Origin: Stellaceae bacterium
GTDB lineage: Bacteria; Pseudomonadota; Alphaproteobacteria; ATCC43930; CGMCC-115725
Length of the DNA stretch: 49,343 bases
Direction: 5' to 3'
Assembly: GCA_035632515.1 (NCBI GenBank)
Contig: DASQGR010000149.1
Location: forward strand, 1 to 49,343
In this document: positions 9,396 to 18,246 of the stretch, piece after piece
Layout of the letters: each line of letters begins with the position of its first letter
Numbering within the stretch: position 1 is the stretch's first letter
Translations under genes and position numbers: made by a program
Notes under the pieces: model-generated
Seen by the model: only the letters and a program-made list of their open reading frames with translations
Databases searched by the model: none
Told to the model about the DNA's origin: nothing

Positions 9396-9520
9396 GGGTT
9401 CCTCCGGGCAGCGGTGTGTTTGGCCGGAGTCTAGAGCACGATGGCGTCTGAACGAAATGTTCCTTCGCGAGCCCGGCGTTGCCGGCTAGGATCATGCCGT
9501 CCCGCCGAGAGGAGACCCCG

Positions 9521-10719
9521 ATGAGCTGGAATGGCCACCTTGTCGTCGACATGGACGCGCATATCCGCGAGCGCGCCGACCGCTTTTTCCTCGACTACAT
9601 CGATCCCGCCTACCGCGAGCCGTACAAGCTTTTGTGCGAGGCGGTGGCCAAGCAGGAGAAAAAGGGCGACCGCTATGCCCTCTTCGGCAGCCGCACCGCG
9701 GTTGTCGAGCAGCTCGAAACCGGACGCGCGCTCGGCGTGCGCGACACGTTCGGGCTGACCGGCCGCTCCGAAATGGAGCACGGCCGCGTTGCCTTTCCGC
9801 CCGGTCGCCGCGACGCGCTGCCGCCGATCCGCCCGGAGGTCAACTGGGACATCAAGGCGCGGATCGAGGACATGGACCGCGCCTTGGTCGATATCGGCGT
9901 CCTGTTCCCGACCCATGTGTCGAGCTATTGCGCGTTGCGCGACGGCGGGTTCGAGAATGCGCTCTACCGCGCCTACCACCGCTGGGTCGCCGATTTCTGC
10001 AAGCAGGCCCCGACAAGGCTCAAATGGACCGTCGTCGCCAACATGCGCGACACCGCGGCAGGGGTCGCCGAGATCCAGTATTGGGCCGAGCGCGACCCGA
10101 ACCTCGTCGGCGTCTACATCTCGCCCCAGGCGCCGGACGGACGGTTGCTCGACAATCCCCACCTCTATCCGCTTTACGATGCAGCTCAGGCGCTCGACCT
10201 GCCGATCCTCGCGCATGGCGGCACCGCGCGGCCGCCCTATGGGCCCGGCACGTTCGACCTCGACGGCGCGTGGTTCCTGCTGCACGCCTTCTCAAACCCG
10301 TGGGCGGGCATGGCGGCGCTGGGCGCGCTGATCGGCGGCGGCATTTTCGAGCTGTTCCCGCGGCTGCGGGCGGCGATCATCGAGACCGGCGGCGGGTGGA
10401 TGCCGCTGGCGATGGATCGGCTCGATACCCACTACCTGATGTCGCCGGGCCACGTGCCGAACCTCAAGCGCATGCCGCGCGAGGTGCTGGCCGAGGGCCG
10501 CTACTTCCACGGCATCGACAGCTGGGAGCGGTCGCTCGAATTTTGCATCGAGGAACTGGGCGAGGACCTCTTCCTGTTCGCCACCGACTGGCCGCACGGC
10601 GCCAGCGCCTGGCCGGAAAGTGTCGAGCAGGCCGCTGACCGCCCGCGCCTTGGCGAACCGCCCGCAAAAAGCTGCTCGGCGAGAATGCGCTGCGCCTCTG
10701 CCCCCGGCTCAAGGGCTAA
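9521..10719 (+). pseudogene. amidohydrolase-2 (ACMSD-like) family protein with an apparent -1 frameshift near the 3' end
   Basis: MSWNGHLVVDMDAH ... FATDWPHG is typical. The expected C-terminus KKLLGENALRLCPRLKG-stop lies in the -1 frame from the A5 run at 10666-10670 and ends at 10719. In the original frame the ORF runs on to 10792 with a low-complexity tail. Confidence 0.75.
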
Positions 10720-10945
10720 GGCAGCGGATCCACGCGCCTCGCGGGCAGCGGTCGTTAAGACTCTACTAAAAGTAGTTATTTTAACTATCTAAAGCGGAGC
10801 AGGCAAAGAATATCGCTTCCCTGGCCGAGCAGACGACAGATCGCAGAATCAAACTCCATTTGATCGGAGTGGCGCTGGGCCTGCTGGACATGGTGGAGAA
10901 ATGCAGCAACAAAGCGGAAATTTCCGGTCGTATTACCTGATCGGT

Positions 10946-11047
10946 TCAGCGCGGCGGATCGTTGTCGCGCAGCTCGAACCACATCGCATTGAGAATCGCA
11001 AAGGCGCAGGCGAGGCCCAGCCCCAATACCCAGCTGAAATACCACAT
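10946..11047 (-). CDS. cydX: cytochrome bd oxidase small subunit CydX
   Basis: 33-aa MWYFSWVLGLGLACAFAILNAMWFELRDNDPPR, 25 nt downstream of cydB. The MWYFxW start and single TM helix are typical of CydX. Confidence 0.8.
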   Translation of the reverse strand: MWYFSWVLGLGLACAFAILNAMWFELRDNDPPR

Positions 11048-11072
11048 CGGCCGCTCCTGATATCTGCTTTTC

Positions 11073-12236
11073 CTAATATTGGCTTTCGCGGCGGCGGGCG
11101 ACATCGGCGATACGAACCGGACCGCGCATGATCCGCAGGGCAACGCCGGTATAGACGATGACGATCGGCAGGATCGCCGCCGTCGCCACCAGCATGATGA
11201 ACAGCGTGAGTTGGCTGCTCGATGCGTCCCAGACGGTGAGGCTCATCTCCGGATGGGTCGAGGACGGCATCAGGAACGGGAACAGCGACGCTCCGGCAGT
11301 AGCGATGATCCCCGCGACCGACGCAGCGCTCGCCAGGAACGCCAGCAGCCGCGCCCGGCGCGCCGGGATCAGCGCCACCAGAACCGCGCCGGCAATGCCG
11401 AGCGCCGGCGCGGCGACCAGCGCCGGGTGGATCCGGTAATTTGCCAGCCAGGCGCCGGCGGCGCGGGTTACCGTCTTGGCCAGCGGGTTCGACGGCGCCG
11501 TGTGCGACATCGCACCCGTCAACGCATAGCCGTCGATTCCGGTCGCGATCCACCATCCGGCAAGGGCAAAAACAACCGCCGCGGCGAGCCCCAGCACCCG
11601 TGCCGTCCGTCCCGCGCGCACGGCAACCGCGCCATCGGCCTTCATCGCCAGCCACGTCCCGCCGTGCATCGCCAGCATCAGCACGCTCAACACTCCGGCG
11701 ACAAGGCCGAACGGGTTGAGCAGTTCGAAAAAGCTTCCGGCATAGCTCAGCCGCAGCTCCGCATCGAAGCCGAACGGCACGCCGAGCAGCAGGTTGCCGA
11801 AAGCGATGCCGAACACCAGCGCGGCGACAAACCCGCCCGTCGCCAGCCCCCAATCCCAGAAGCCGCGCCAGCGCCGCCCCGGCAGCTTGTCGCGGAAATG
11901 GAAGCCGACGGGCCGGATGATGAAAGACAGCAAGGCCAGAAACATCGCGACGTAAAAGCCGGAAAAGCTCGCGGCATAGAGCATCGGCCAGGCGGCGAAC
12001 GAGGCGCCGCCGCCGAGGATGAACCAGACCTGGTGACCTTCCCAGTTGGGCTCGATCGTTTCGCGCACCTGCCGGCGCTCGGGATCGCCGCGGCCGATGA
12101 AGGGCAGCAGCATCGCCGTGCCGAGGTCGTAACCGTCGAGCACGGCAAAGCCGATCAGCAGCACCCCAAGCAGTCCCCACCAGGTCAGCCGCAGGATGTC
12201 GTAGGGGATCGGCCCGGCCGACATCACGCCGCTCAT
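11073..12236 (-). CDS. cydB: cytochrome bd ubiquinol oxidase subunit II
   Basis: Starts at ATG 12236 (MSGVMSAGPIPYDILRLTWWGLLGVLLIGFAVLDGYDLG) and overlaps the cydA stop by 4 nt (ATGA). The protein is polytopic. The ORF track merges it into a longer spurious ORF, 11073..13586. Confidence 0.93.
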   Translation of the reverse strand: MSGVMSAGPIPYDILRLTWWGLLGVLLIGFAVLDGYDLGTAMLLPFIGRGDPERRQVRETIEPNWEGHQVWFILGGGASFAAWPMLYAASFSGFYVAMFLALLSFIIRPVGFHFRDKLPGRRWRGFWDWGLATGGFVAALVFGIAFGNLLLGVPFGFDAELRLSYAGSFFELLNPFGLVAGVLSVLMLAMHGGTWLAMKADGAVAVRAGRTARVLGLAAAVVFALAGWWIATGIDGYALTGAMSHTAPSNPLAKTVTRAAGAWLANYRIHPALVAAPALGIAGAVLVALIPARRARLLAFLASAASVAGIIATAGASLFPFLMPSSTHPEMSLTVWDASSSQLTLFIMLVATAAILPIVIVYTGVALRIMRGPVRIADVARRRESQY

Positions 12237-13753
12237 TCCGCGCCTCCCGGCCCGCGCCGGACGGCGCGCAGCATCAACGCCACCTCGGTCACCGCCAGGG
12301 CGCTGTAGAAGAGGACGAACCCGGCGAGCGAGCCGATTATGGTGCTGCGCGGCACGGCGGAGGCGCCGAGAAAGGTCGGCAGGACGCCTTCGACGACCCA
12401 GGGCTGACGGCCGTATTCGGCGACGATCCAGCCGAGCTCGATCGCGATCCACGGCAGGGGCAGGCTGAGGACGGCCAGGCGCAGAAACCACGGCTTGTCG
12501 AGCCGGCGGTGCGAGGCGAGGTAAAAGGCGATCGCGAACAGCAGGATGAAATAAAAGCCGAGGCCGGCCATCACCCGAAAACCCCAGAACAGCATCGGCA
12601 CGTCGGGGATCAGATCGTCGGCGGCACGGGCGATCTGAGCGGGGCTGGCGTCGAGGATGTTGCTGCTGTAGCGGCGCAGCAGCAGGGCATAGCCCATATC
12701 GGGCGAGGTCTCGCCGAATGTCTTCCGCGCCGCCTCGTCGTTGGGGTTTTGCCGCAGGGTCTGCAACGCGCGGTAGGCCTTGAGCCCGTTCGCGATGCGC
12801 TGGGTGCCTTGCGCGACCAGTTCGGCGATGCCGTCGACCGGCGTGTCGAGCGAGCGCGTGGCGATGAGGCCCAGCAGCCAGGGGATCTCGATCCGGTAGC
12901 GGGTCACCCGCTCGGCGATGTCGGGAAGGCCGAACGCGGTAAAGCTCGCCGGCGCCGGCTCGGTCTGCCACATCGCCTCGATCGCGGCGATCTTCATTTT
13001 CTGGTTGAGCCCGGCGGTATAGCCGCTCTCGTCGCCGAGCACGACGACCGACAGCGCCGAGGCCAGGCCAAAGCTGGCGGCCACGGTCAGCGAACGCCGC
13101 GCCAGCGCGACATGCCGGCCGCGCAACAGGTAATAGGCGCTCACCGAAAGCATGAACACCGCGCCGCACACATAGCCGGCGCTGACCGTGTGGACGAACT
13201 TGTCCTGCGCCACCGGGTTGAAGATGAGCTCGTAGAACGAGGTCAGCTCCATCCGCAGGGTCGCCGGGTTGAATGCGGCGCCGACCGGGTTCTGCATCCA
13301 GGCATTGGCGATCAGGATCCACAGCGCGGATAGATTGGCGCCGATCGCCACCAGCCAGGTCACCGCCAGATGGCCGAGCCGCGACATGCGGTCCCAACCG
13401 AAAAAGAACAGGCCGACAAAGCTCGCTTCGAGAAAGAACGCCATCAGCCCTTCGATCGCGAGCGGCGCCCCGAATATGTCGCCGACATATTGCGCGTAGT
13501 AGGCCCAGTTGGTGCCGAACTGGAACTCCATGGTGATCCCGGTGGCGACCCCCATCGCAAAGTTGATGCCGAACAGGATCCCCCAAAACCGGGTCATCTC
13601 GCGCCAGATCGGCCGCCCGGTCATCACATAGACGCTCTCCATGATCGCCAGCAGCAGCGACAGCCCGAGCGTCAGCGGCACGAAGAGGAAGTGGTAAAGC
13701 GCGGTCAGCGCGAATTGCAGCCGCGATAGGTCGACGACGACGGGGTCGATCAT
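12233..13753 (-). CDS. cydA: cytochrome bd ubiquinol oxidase subunit I
   Basis: DLSRLQFALTALYHFLFVPLTLGL ... GITMEFQFGTNWAYY ... GAPLAIEGLMAFFLEASF are hallmark CydA segments. The start is placed at MIDPVVV (13753). Confidence 0.93.
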   Translation of the reverse strand: MIDPVVVDLSRLQFALTALYHFLFVPLTLGLSLLLAIMESVYVMTGRPIWREMTRFWGILFGINFAMGVATGITMEFQFGTNWAYYAQYVGDIFGAPLAIEGLMAFFLEASFVGLFFFGWDRMSRLGHLAVTWLVAIGANLSALWILIANAWMQNPVGAAFNPATLRMELTSFYELIFNPVAQDKFVHTVSAGYVCGAVFMLSVSAYYLLRGRHVALARRSLTVAASFGLASALSVVVLGDESGYTAGLNQKMKIAAIEAMWQTEPAPASFTAFGLPDIAERVTRYRIEIPWLLGLIATRSLDTPVDGIAELVAQGTQRIANGLKAYRALQTLRQNPNDEAARKTFGETSPDMGYALLLRRYSSNILDASPAQIARAADDLIPDVPMLFWGFRVMAGLGFYFILLFAIAFYLASHRRLDKPWFLRLAVLSLPLPWIAIELGWIVAEYGRQPWVVEGVLPTFLGASAVPRSTIIGSLAGFVLFYSALAVTEVALMLRAVRRGPGGAE

Positions 13754-13795
13754 GTCGCCACCTGCCTGGAGCATCGACGGCGCAGGGACGACACG

Positions 13796-13975
13796 TCAGC
13801 GCAGTCCCAGAATCGCCGTGGCGGCCCGGTCGACGCGCGGCGTCGGGTCGGGCTCGGGAGTGAAGAATGCAAAATAGAGCGCCGTCAACGCGACGAGCTT
13901 GACCGCCAGCGCTGCCGCGATCGGCACCGCCAATCCGCGGCGCCCCGCGGCATCGAGATGAGACTTGTTCGGCAT
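13796..13975 (-). CDS. small single-TM protein upstream of cydA (possible cyd-operon accessory peptide)
   Basis: These are the last 59 codons of spurious ORF 13796..15478: MPNKSHLDAAGRRGLAVPIAAALAVKLVALTALYFAFFTPEPD..., with one hydrophobic helix, lying 43 nt upstream of cydA on the same strand. No homology was recognised. Confidence 0.35.
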   Translation of the reverse strand: MPNKSHLDAAGRRGLAVPIAAALAVKLVALTALYFAFFTPEPDPTPRVDRAATAILGLR

Positions 13976-14056
13976 ATCGATCCGGCAGCCCCCCGTTCCG
14001 AGATGATCTGCCTCCTCGAGCGAGAGTCTGCGGATCGGTCTCCGGTCTGACAACTG

Positions 14057-14101
14057 AAATTGTTCGGGTGAAAATTGTTCGGGTGAAGATTGTTCGGGGC
14101 T
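14057..14101. repeat. 3 x 15-bp direct repeats in the cyd / ACAD divergent intergenic region
   Basis: aaattgttcgggtga / aaattgttcgggtga / agattgttcggggct. The ATTGTTCGGG core starts at 14059, 14074 and 14089. Confidence 0.85.
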
Positions 14102-14129
14102 ACTGGCGCCATGGGCGCGCGATCGGGCA

Positions 14130-14143
14130 TTGACCTGGGTCAA
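14130..14143. promoter_or_regulatory. FNR/FixK/Anr-type box (TTGAC-N4-GTCAA)
   Basis: gcaTTGACctggGTCAAtgc has 8-bp perfect arms and fits the TTGA(T/C)-N4-(A/G)TCAA consensus. It lies between the cyd operon (minus) and the ACAD-like gene (plus; ATG 58 nt downstream). Confidence 0.55.
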
Positions 14144-14200
14144 TGCGCCGGGTTTCGCTAACCTGGATCGGGATGCGGCAACAGCGAGGAGGAATGAACG

Positions 14201-15385
14201 ATGGATGGCGTCGGCCGGGATCGCCCGGATTATGTTGCCCGCGTCCGTGCTCTGGGGCCGCTCATTGCCGCCGCCGCCGATGAGATCGAACAGCGGCGCG
14301 AGCTGCCGCGCGCGCTGACCTTGGCGCTGGCGGAACAGGGCCTCTTCCGCCTGCTGCAACCGCACGTGCTGGGCGGCGGCGAGCTGACCCCGATGGAATT
14401 CGCCGAAATCATGGGCGAGATCGCGCGCCACGACGCCAGCACCGCGTGGTGCGTCGGCCAGGGCAACGGCTGCGGCGTCGCCGCCGCGTTTCTCGCCCCC
14501 GATGTCGCCCGCGAGATCTTCGGTCCGGTCGACGGCATCGTCGCTTGGGGACCGCCAAGCCCGTGCGAGGTCAAGAAGGTGCCGGGCGGCTATCGCCTGA
14601 CCGGCTCGTGGGCCTTTGCCAGCGGCAGCCACAACGCCAGCTGGCTCGGCGCGCACACGCCGGCGATCGGGCCGGACGGCGCGCCGCTGCGCCGCGCCGA
14701 CGGCGGCACGGTGCTGCGCACCCTGCTGTTCCCCAAGAGCCAGGCGGTGATGACCGACATCTGGCGCGTCATAGGGCTGAAGGGTACCGGCAGCGACCGC
14801 TACAGCGTCACCGATTTGTTCGTGGCCGACGATCACACCGTACTGCACGACCGCAAGACCCCGCCGCACCAGGGCGGGCAGCTCTACAAGTTCAGCTTCA
14901 GCAATCTTTACGCCTCGGGGTTTGCCGGCCTCGCGCTGGGGGTGGCGAGCGCGTTCTACGACAGCTTTGTCGCGCTCGCCGCCGACAAGACCCCGCGCGG
15001 TGCGAAGTCGACGATGCGCCACGACCACGTCGTCCAGTCGCAAGTGGCGCAGGCGCGCGCCCGGCTGCGCTCGGCGCGGGCGTTCCTGCTGACCTCGCTG
15101 TCGGAGATCTGGGATGCGGTCGGCGAGTGCGGCGCGTTGACGCTCGACGACAACGCGACGATCCGCCTCGCCTCGACCTGGGCGATCAAGCAGGCGCGCG
15201 AGGTGGTCGGCGAACTCTACCACGCCGCCGGCGCGACCGCGATTTTCGAGGAGCAGCCGTTCGAGCGGCGCTTCCGCGACATCAACACGATCGCGCAGCA
15301 GATGCAGGGCGCACAGCGGCATTTCGAGACGGTCGGCGGCATCCTGCTGGGCCTCGAACCCGACGCCACGATGTTCACCTTCTGA
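14201..15385 (+). CDS. acyl-CoA dehydrogenase family flavoprotein (possibly a flavin-dependent monooxygenase type)
   Basis: 394-aa ORF with a GAGGAGG RBS. The layout has a DEIEQRRELP N-terminal helical domain, a middle beta domain (GGYRLTGSWAFASG) and a C-terminal helical domain, as in ACAD/DszC-like proteins. Confidence 0.85.
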   Translation: MDGVGRDRPDYVARVRALGPLIAAAADEIEQRRELPRALTLALAEQGLFRLLQPHVLGGGELTPMEFAEIMGEIARHDASTAWCVGQGNGCGVAAAFLAPDVAREIFGPVDGIVAWGPPSPCEVKKVPGGYRLTGSWAFASGSHNASWLGAHTPAIGPDGAPLRRADGGTVLRTLLFPKSQAVMTDIWRVIGLKGTGSDRYSVTDLFVADDHTVLHDRKTPPHQGGQLYKFSFSNLYASGFAGLALGVASAFYDSFVALAADKTPRGAKSTMRHDHVVQSQVAQARARLRSARAFLLTSLSEIWDAVGECGALTLDDNATIRLASTWAIKQAREVVGELYHAAGATAIFEEQPFERRFRDINTIAQQMQGAQRHFETVGGILLGLEPDATMFTF

Positions 15386-15554
15386 GGCGGACGCGCCCGG
15401 GCCGGCATGCGCGGCGCCGCGACAGGCGCCTCGCAATACCGGCGCAAGGATCGTTGCGGGGTCTGAAAGGCCCGACACGGGGGCTTGTATTTAGCGTCGT
15501 CTCGCGCGACCCTTGGCGCCTGTTCGACAGCATTGCTTGAGTGGGAGATTCGCC

Positions 15555-17828
15555 GTGAACGATGTTGCGCCGTCTCGGTACAAGTGGGTGGGAACGCGGC
15601 CGATCCGTCCGGACGGTGTGCCGAAAGTCACCGGCCGGGCGATGTACGGCGCCGACCTGGCATTGCCGGGGACGCTTTACGGCAAGGTGGTCCGCTCGCC
15701 GCACGCCCATGCCCGCATCCGCTCGATCAATACCGAGAAGGCCAAGGCGCTGCCGGGGGTGAAGGCGGTGATCACCGGCGCCGACTTCCCTGACCACAAG
15801 TTCGAGTACATCGGTCCGGAGCGGGTCGCGGTCAATTTCTGGCACGTGACGCGCAATGTCATGGCGCGCGAAAAGGCGCTCTACGAGGGCCATGCCGTCG
15901 CCGCGATCGCCGCGACCAGCAAGGAGATCGCCGAGGAGGCCGAGGCGCTGATCGAGATCGATTACGAGGTGCTGCCGCACGTCATCGATGTCGATGACGC
16001 GATGAAAGACGACGCACCCTTGCTCTTCGAGGACATGATCACCCGCGGCATCGAGCCGGCGCCGGCCAAGCCGTCCAACGTCTCGAAGCGGCTCGAATTC
16101 GCCATCGGCGATGTCGAGGCCGGCTTCAAGGACGCCGATTTCGTCATCGAGAAGGAATTCAAGACCGCGGCGGTGCACCAGGCCTATATCGAGCCGCATG
16201 CGACGACGGCGCGGATGGAGGCCGACGGCCAGGGCGAGATCTGGGCCTCGAGCCAGGGGCATTTCGTCGTCCGCGCGCTGACCGCCAAGCTCTTGGACAT
16301 GCCGGTCGGCGATCTGCGCGTGACCCCGGCCGAGATCGGCGGCGGGTTCGGCGGCAAGACCGTCGTCTATATCGAGCCGGTCGCGGCGCTGCTGTCGAAG
16401 AAGACCGGCCGCCCGGTCAAGATCGTGATGAGTCGCGACGAGGTGTTCAAGGCGTCGGGGCCAACCTCGGGCTCGTCGATGTGGGTCAAGATCGGCGTCA
16501 AGAAGGACGGCAAGATCACCGCCGCCGAAGGCATCTTCAAGTTCCAGGCCGGCGCCTTCCCGGGCTCGCCGGTGATGAACGGGTGCCTGTGCGCGTTTGC
16601 CCCTTATGACGTCGCCAACGCCAAGACGGTCGGTTACGACGTCGTTTGCAACCGGCCGAAATCGGCCGCCTACCGGGCGCCGGGCTCGCCGATCTCGGCC
16701 TTTGCGGTCGAGAGCGTGCTCGACATGTGCGCGAAGAAGATCGGCATGGACCCCGTCGCCTTCCGCCTCAAGAACGCGGCCAAGGCGGGCACGACGATGA
16801 TCTACGGGCCAAAGCTCGCCCACGGCGGCTATATCGAGACGCTGGAAGCGGTGAAGAACCACCCCGAATACAACAAGCCGCTCGGGCCGAACCAGGGCCG
16901 CGGCGTCGCCTCGGGCTATTGGTTCAACGGCGGCGGCGAGTCGAGCGCCAGCGTCCAGATCAACGCCGACGGCACGGTCCTCGTCGCCACCGGCAGCGTC
17001 GATGTCGGTGGCTCGCGCGCCTCGATGGCGCTGATGGCGGCGGAGACCTTCGGCGTCGATTACAGCCAGGTTCGCGCGATCGTCGCCGACACCGCCTCGG
17101 TCGGCTACACCCACGTGACCGGCGGCAGCCGCGTCACCTTCGCCACCGGCACCGCGGTCGTCGACGCCAGCAAGAAGGCGATCGAACAGCTGCGCGCCCG
17201 CGCCGCGATGATCTGGGATGTCGATGTCGAGGGCGTCGTCTGGGAGGACGGCTACGCCAAGCCGGCGTCGAGCAATGTCGGCGACTTCAAGCCGATGTCG
17301 CTAAAGGAGCTGGCGGGCAAGGCCTCGGTGACCGGCGGGCCGATCACCACTGCCGCCTCGGTCAATGCCGGCGGCCAGGCGCCCGGCTTTGCCACCCAGT
17401 TCTGCGATGTCGAGGTCGATCCCGAGACCGGCAAGGTGACGATCCTGCGGTTCGTCGCGGCGCAGGATGTCGGCACCGCGATCCATCCTTCCTATGTCGA
17501 GGGGCAGATCCAGGGCGGTGTCGTCCAGGGCATCGGCTGGGCACTCCATGAGGAGTACATCTACGACCAGAAGGGCCGCATGGATAACGCCGGCTTCCTC
17601 GATTATCGCTGCCCGGTCGCCTCCGACCTGCCGATGATCGAGCCGCTGCTGGTCGAGGTGCCGAACCCGGCGCACCCCTACGGCGCCAAGGGCGTCGGCG
17701 AGGTCAATATCTGCCCGCCGATGGCGGCGATTGCCAATGCGATCGACAACGCCATCGGTCGGCGGCTGACCGAGCTGCCGATGTCGCCGCCGAAAATCCG
17801 CGCCGCGCTCGACCACGCCACGGAGTAG
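15555..17828 (+). CDS. xanthine dehydrogenase family molybdopterin-binding (large) subunit
   Basis: A GTG start at 15555 is assumed. RPDGVPKVTGRAMYGADL, LYGKVVRSPHAHARI, GGGFGGK, AYRAPG and GVGE near the C-terminus are hallmark Mo-hydroxylase large-subunit motifs. Confidence 0.9.
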   Translation: MNDVAPSRYKWVGTRPIRPDGVPKVTGRAMYGADLALPGTLYGKVVRSPHAHARIRSINTEKAKALPGVKAVITGADFPDHKFEYIGPERVAVNFWHVTRNVMAREKALYEGHAVAAIAATSKEIAEEAEALIEIDYEVLPHVIDVDDAMKDDAPLLFEDMITRGIEPAPAKPSNVSKRLEFAIGDVEAGFKDADFVIEKEFKTAAVHQAYIEPHATTARMEADGQGEIWASSQGHFVVRALTAKLLDMPVGDLRVTPAEIGGGFGGKTVVYIEPVAALLSKKTGRPVKIVMSRDEVFKASGPTSGSSMWVKIGVKKDGKITAAEGIFKFQAGAFPGSPVMNGCLCAFAPYDVANAKTVGYDVVCNRPKSAAYRAPGSPISAFAVESVLDMCAKKIGMDPVAFRLKNAAKAGTTMIYGPKLAHGGYIETLEAVKNHPEYNKPLGPNQGRGVASGYWFNGGGESSASVQINADGTVLVATGSVDVGGSRASMALMAAETFGVDYSQVRAIVADTASVGYTHVTGGSRVTFATGTAVVDASKKAIEQLRARAAMIWDVDVEGVVWEDGYAKPASSNVGDFKPMSLKELAGKASVTGGPITTAASVNAGGQAPGFATQFCDVEVDPETGKVTILRFVAAQDVGTAIHPSYVEGQIQGGVVQGIGWALHEEYIYDQKGRMDNAGFLDYRCPVASDLPMIEPLLVEVPNPAHPYGAKGVGEVNICPPMAAIANAIDNAIGRRLTELPMSPPKIRAALDHATE

Positions 17829-17857
17829 GGGCGCCGGGCGAACGGCGGGAGACCAAG

Positions 17858-18115
17858 ATGGCGACCGCGCAGGTCACGCTCACGAGCGGCTTCAGCCGCC
17901 GCTATACCGGCGGCCGGCGGGAGTTCGAGATCGAGGCGCGCACCCTGCGCGACGTCATCAAGGCGCTCGACAAGATGTATCCGGGCCTCGGCGAGCATCT
18001 CGAAGAGGAAACCACCGTCGCCATCGACGGCGCAATCCACGACGCCCCCGGCTATTTCCAACAGCTCCGCCAAGGCAGCGAGGTGTTCTTCATCCCCAAG
18101 CTTGAAGGCGGCTGA
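17858..18115 (+). CDS. MoaD/ThiS-family ubiquitin-like sulfur-carrier protein
   Basis: 85-aa ORF 30 nt after the Mo-enzyme gene, ending in ...FFIPKLEGG-stop (a C-terminal Gly-Gly). Size and pattern fit the MoaD/ThiS fold. Confidence 0.75.
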   Translation: MATAQVTLTSGFSRRYTGGRREFEIEARTLRDVIKALDKMYPGLGEHLEEETTVAIDGAIHDAPGYFQQLRQGSEVFFIPKLEGG

Positions 18116-18246
18116 GCCGGGGTATCGCCTCGCTGTCACCCCGCGGGCGCACAAGGCGCCGCAGCGGAACCGGGAAACGCGGCCCGTCACGAAGGTGTCG
18201 AGTCGCGTTTTCAATGCCGCCTGGGTATCCCCTGCCCGGTGCTTGC

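Noticed and set aside
10661-10672. Programmed -1 ribosomal frameshift at gcAAAAAg in the amidohydrolase gene
   Set aside because: The run is only A5, not the full A-AAA-AAG heptamer. I saw no downstream stimulatory structure. The zero-frame product has a meaningless tail, so an indel, real or from sequencing, is the more economical explanation.
14040-14101. Peptide repeat SSPEQ/FSPEQ suggested by the minus-strand translation
   Set aside because: The repeat is a DNA-level 15-bp direct repeat in an intergenic promoter region. The surrounding ORF is spurious, so a repetitive protein is not supported.
13796-15478. 560-aa minus-strand ORF spanning the ACAD-like gene. Comparable ORFs are 15375..17114 (579 aa) and 11079..12308 (409 aa, plus strand).
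   Set aside because: They are antisense or off-frame to clearly identifiable genes (ACAD-like, Mo-hydroxylase, cydB). Only the last 59 codons of 13796..15478 were kept, as a possible small membrane ORF.
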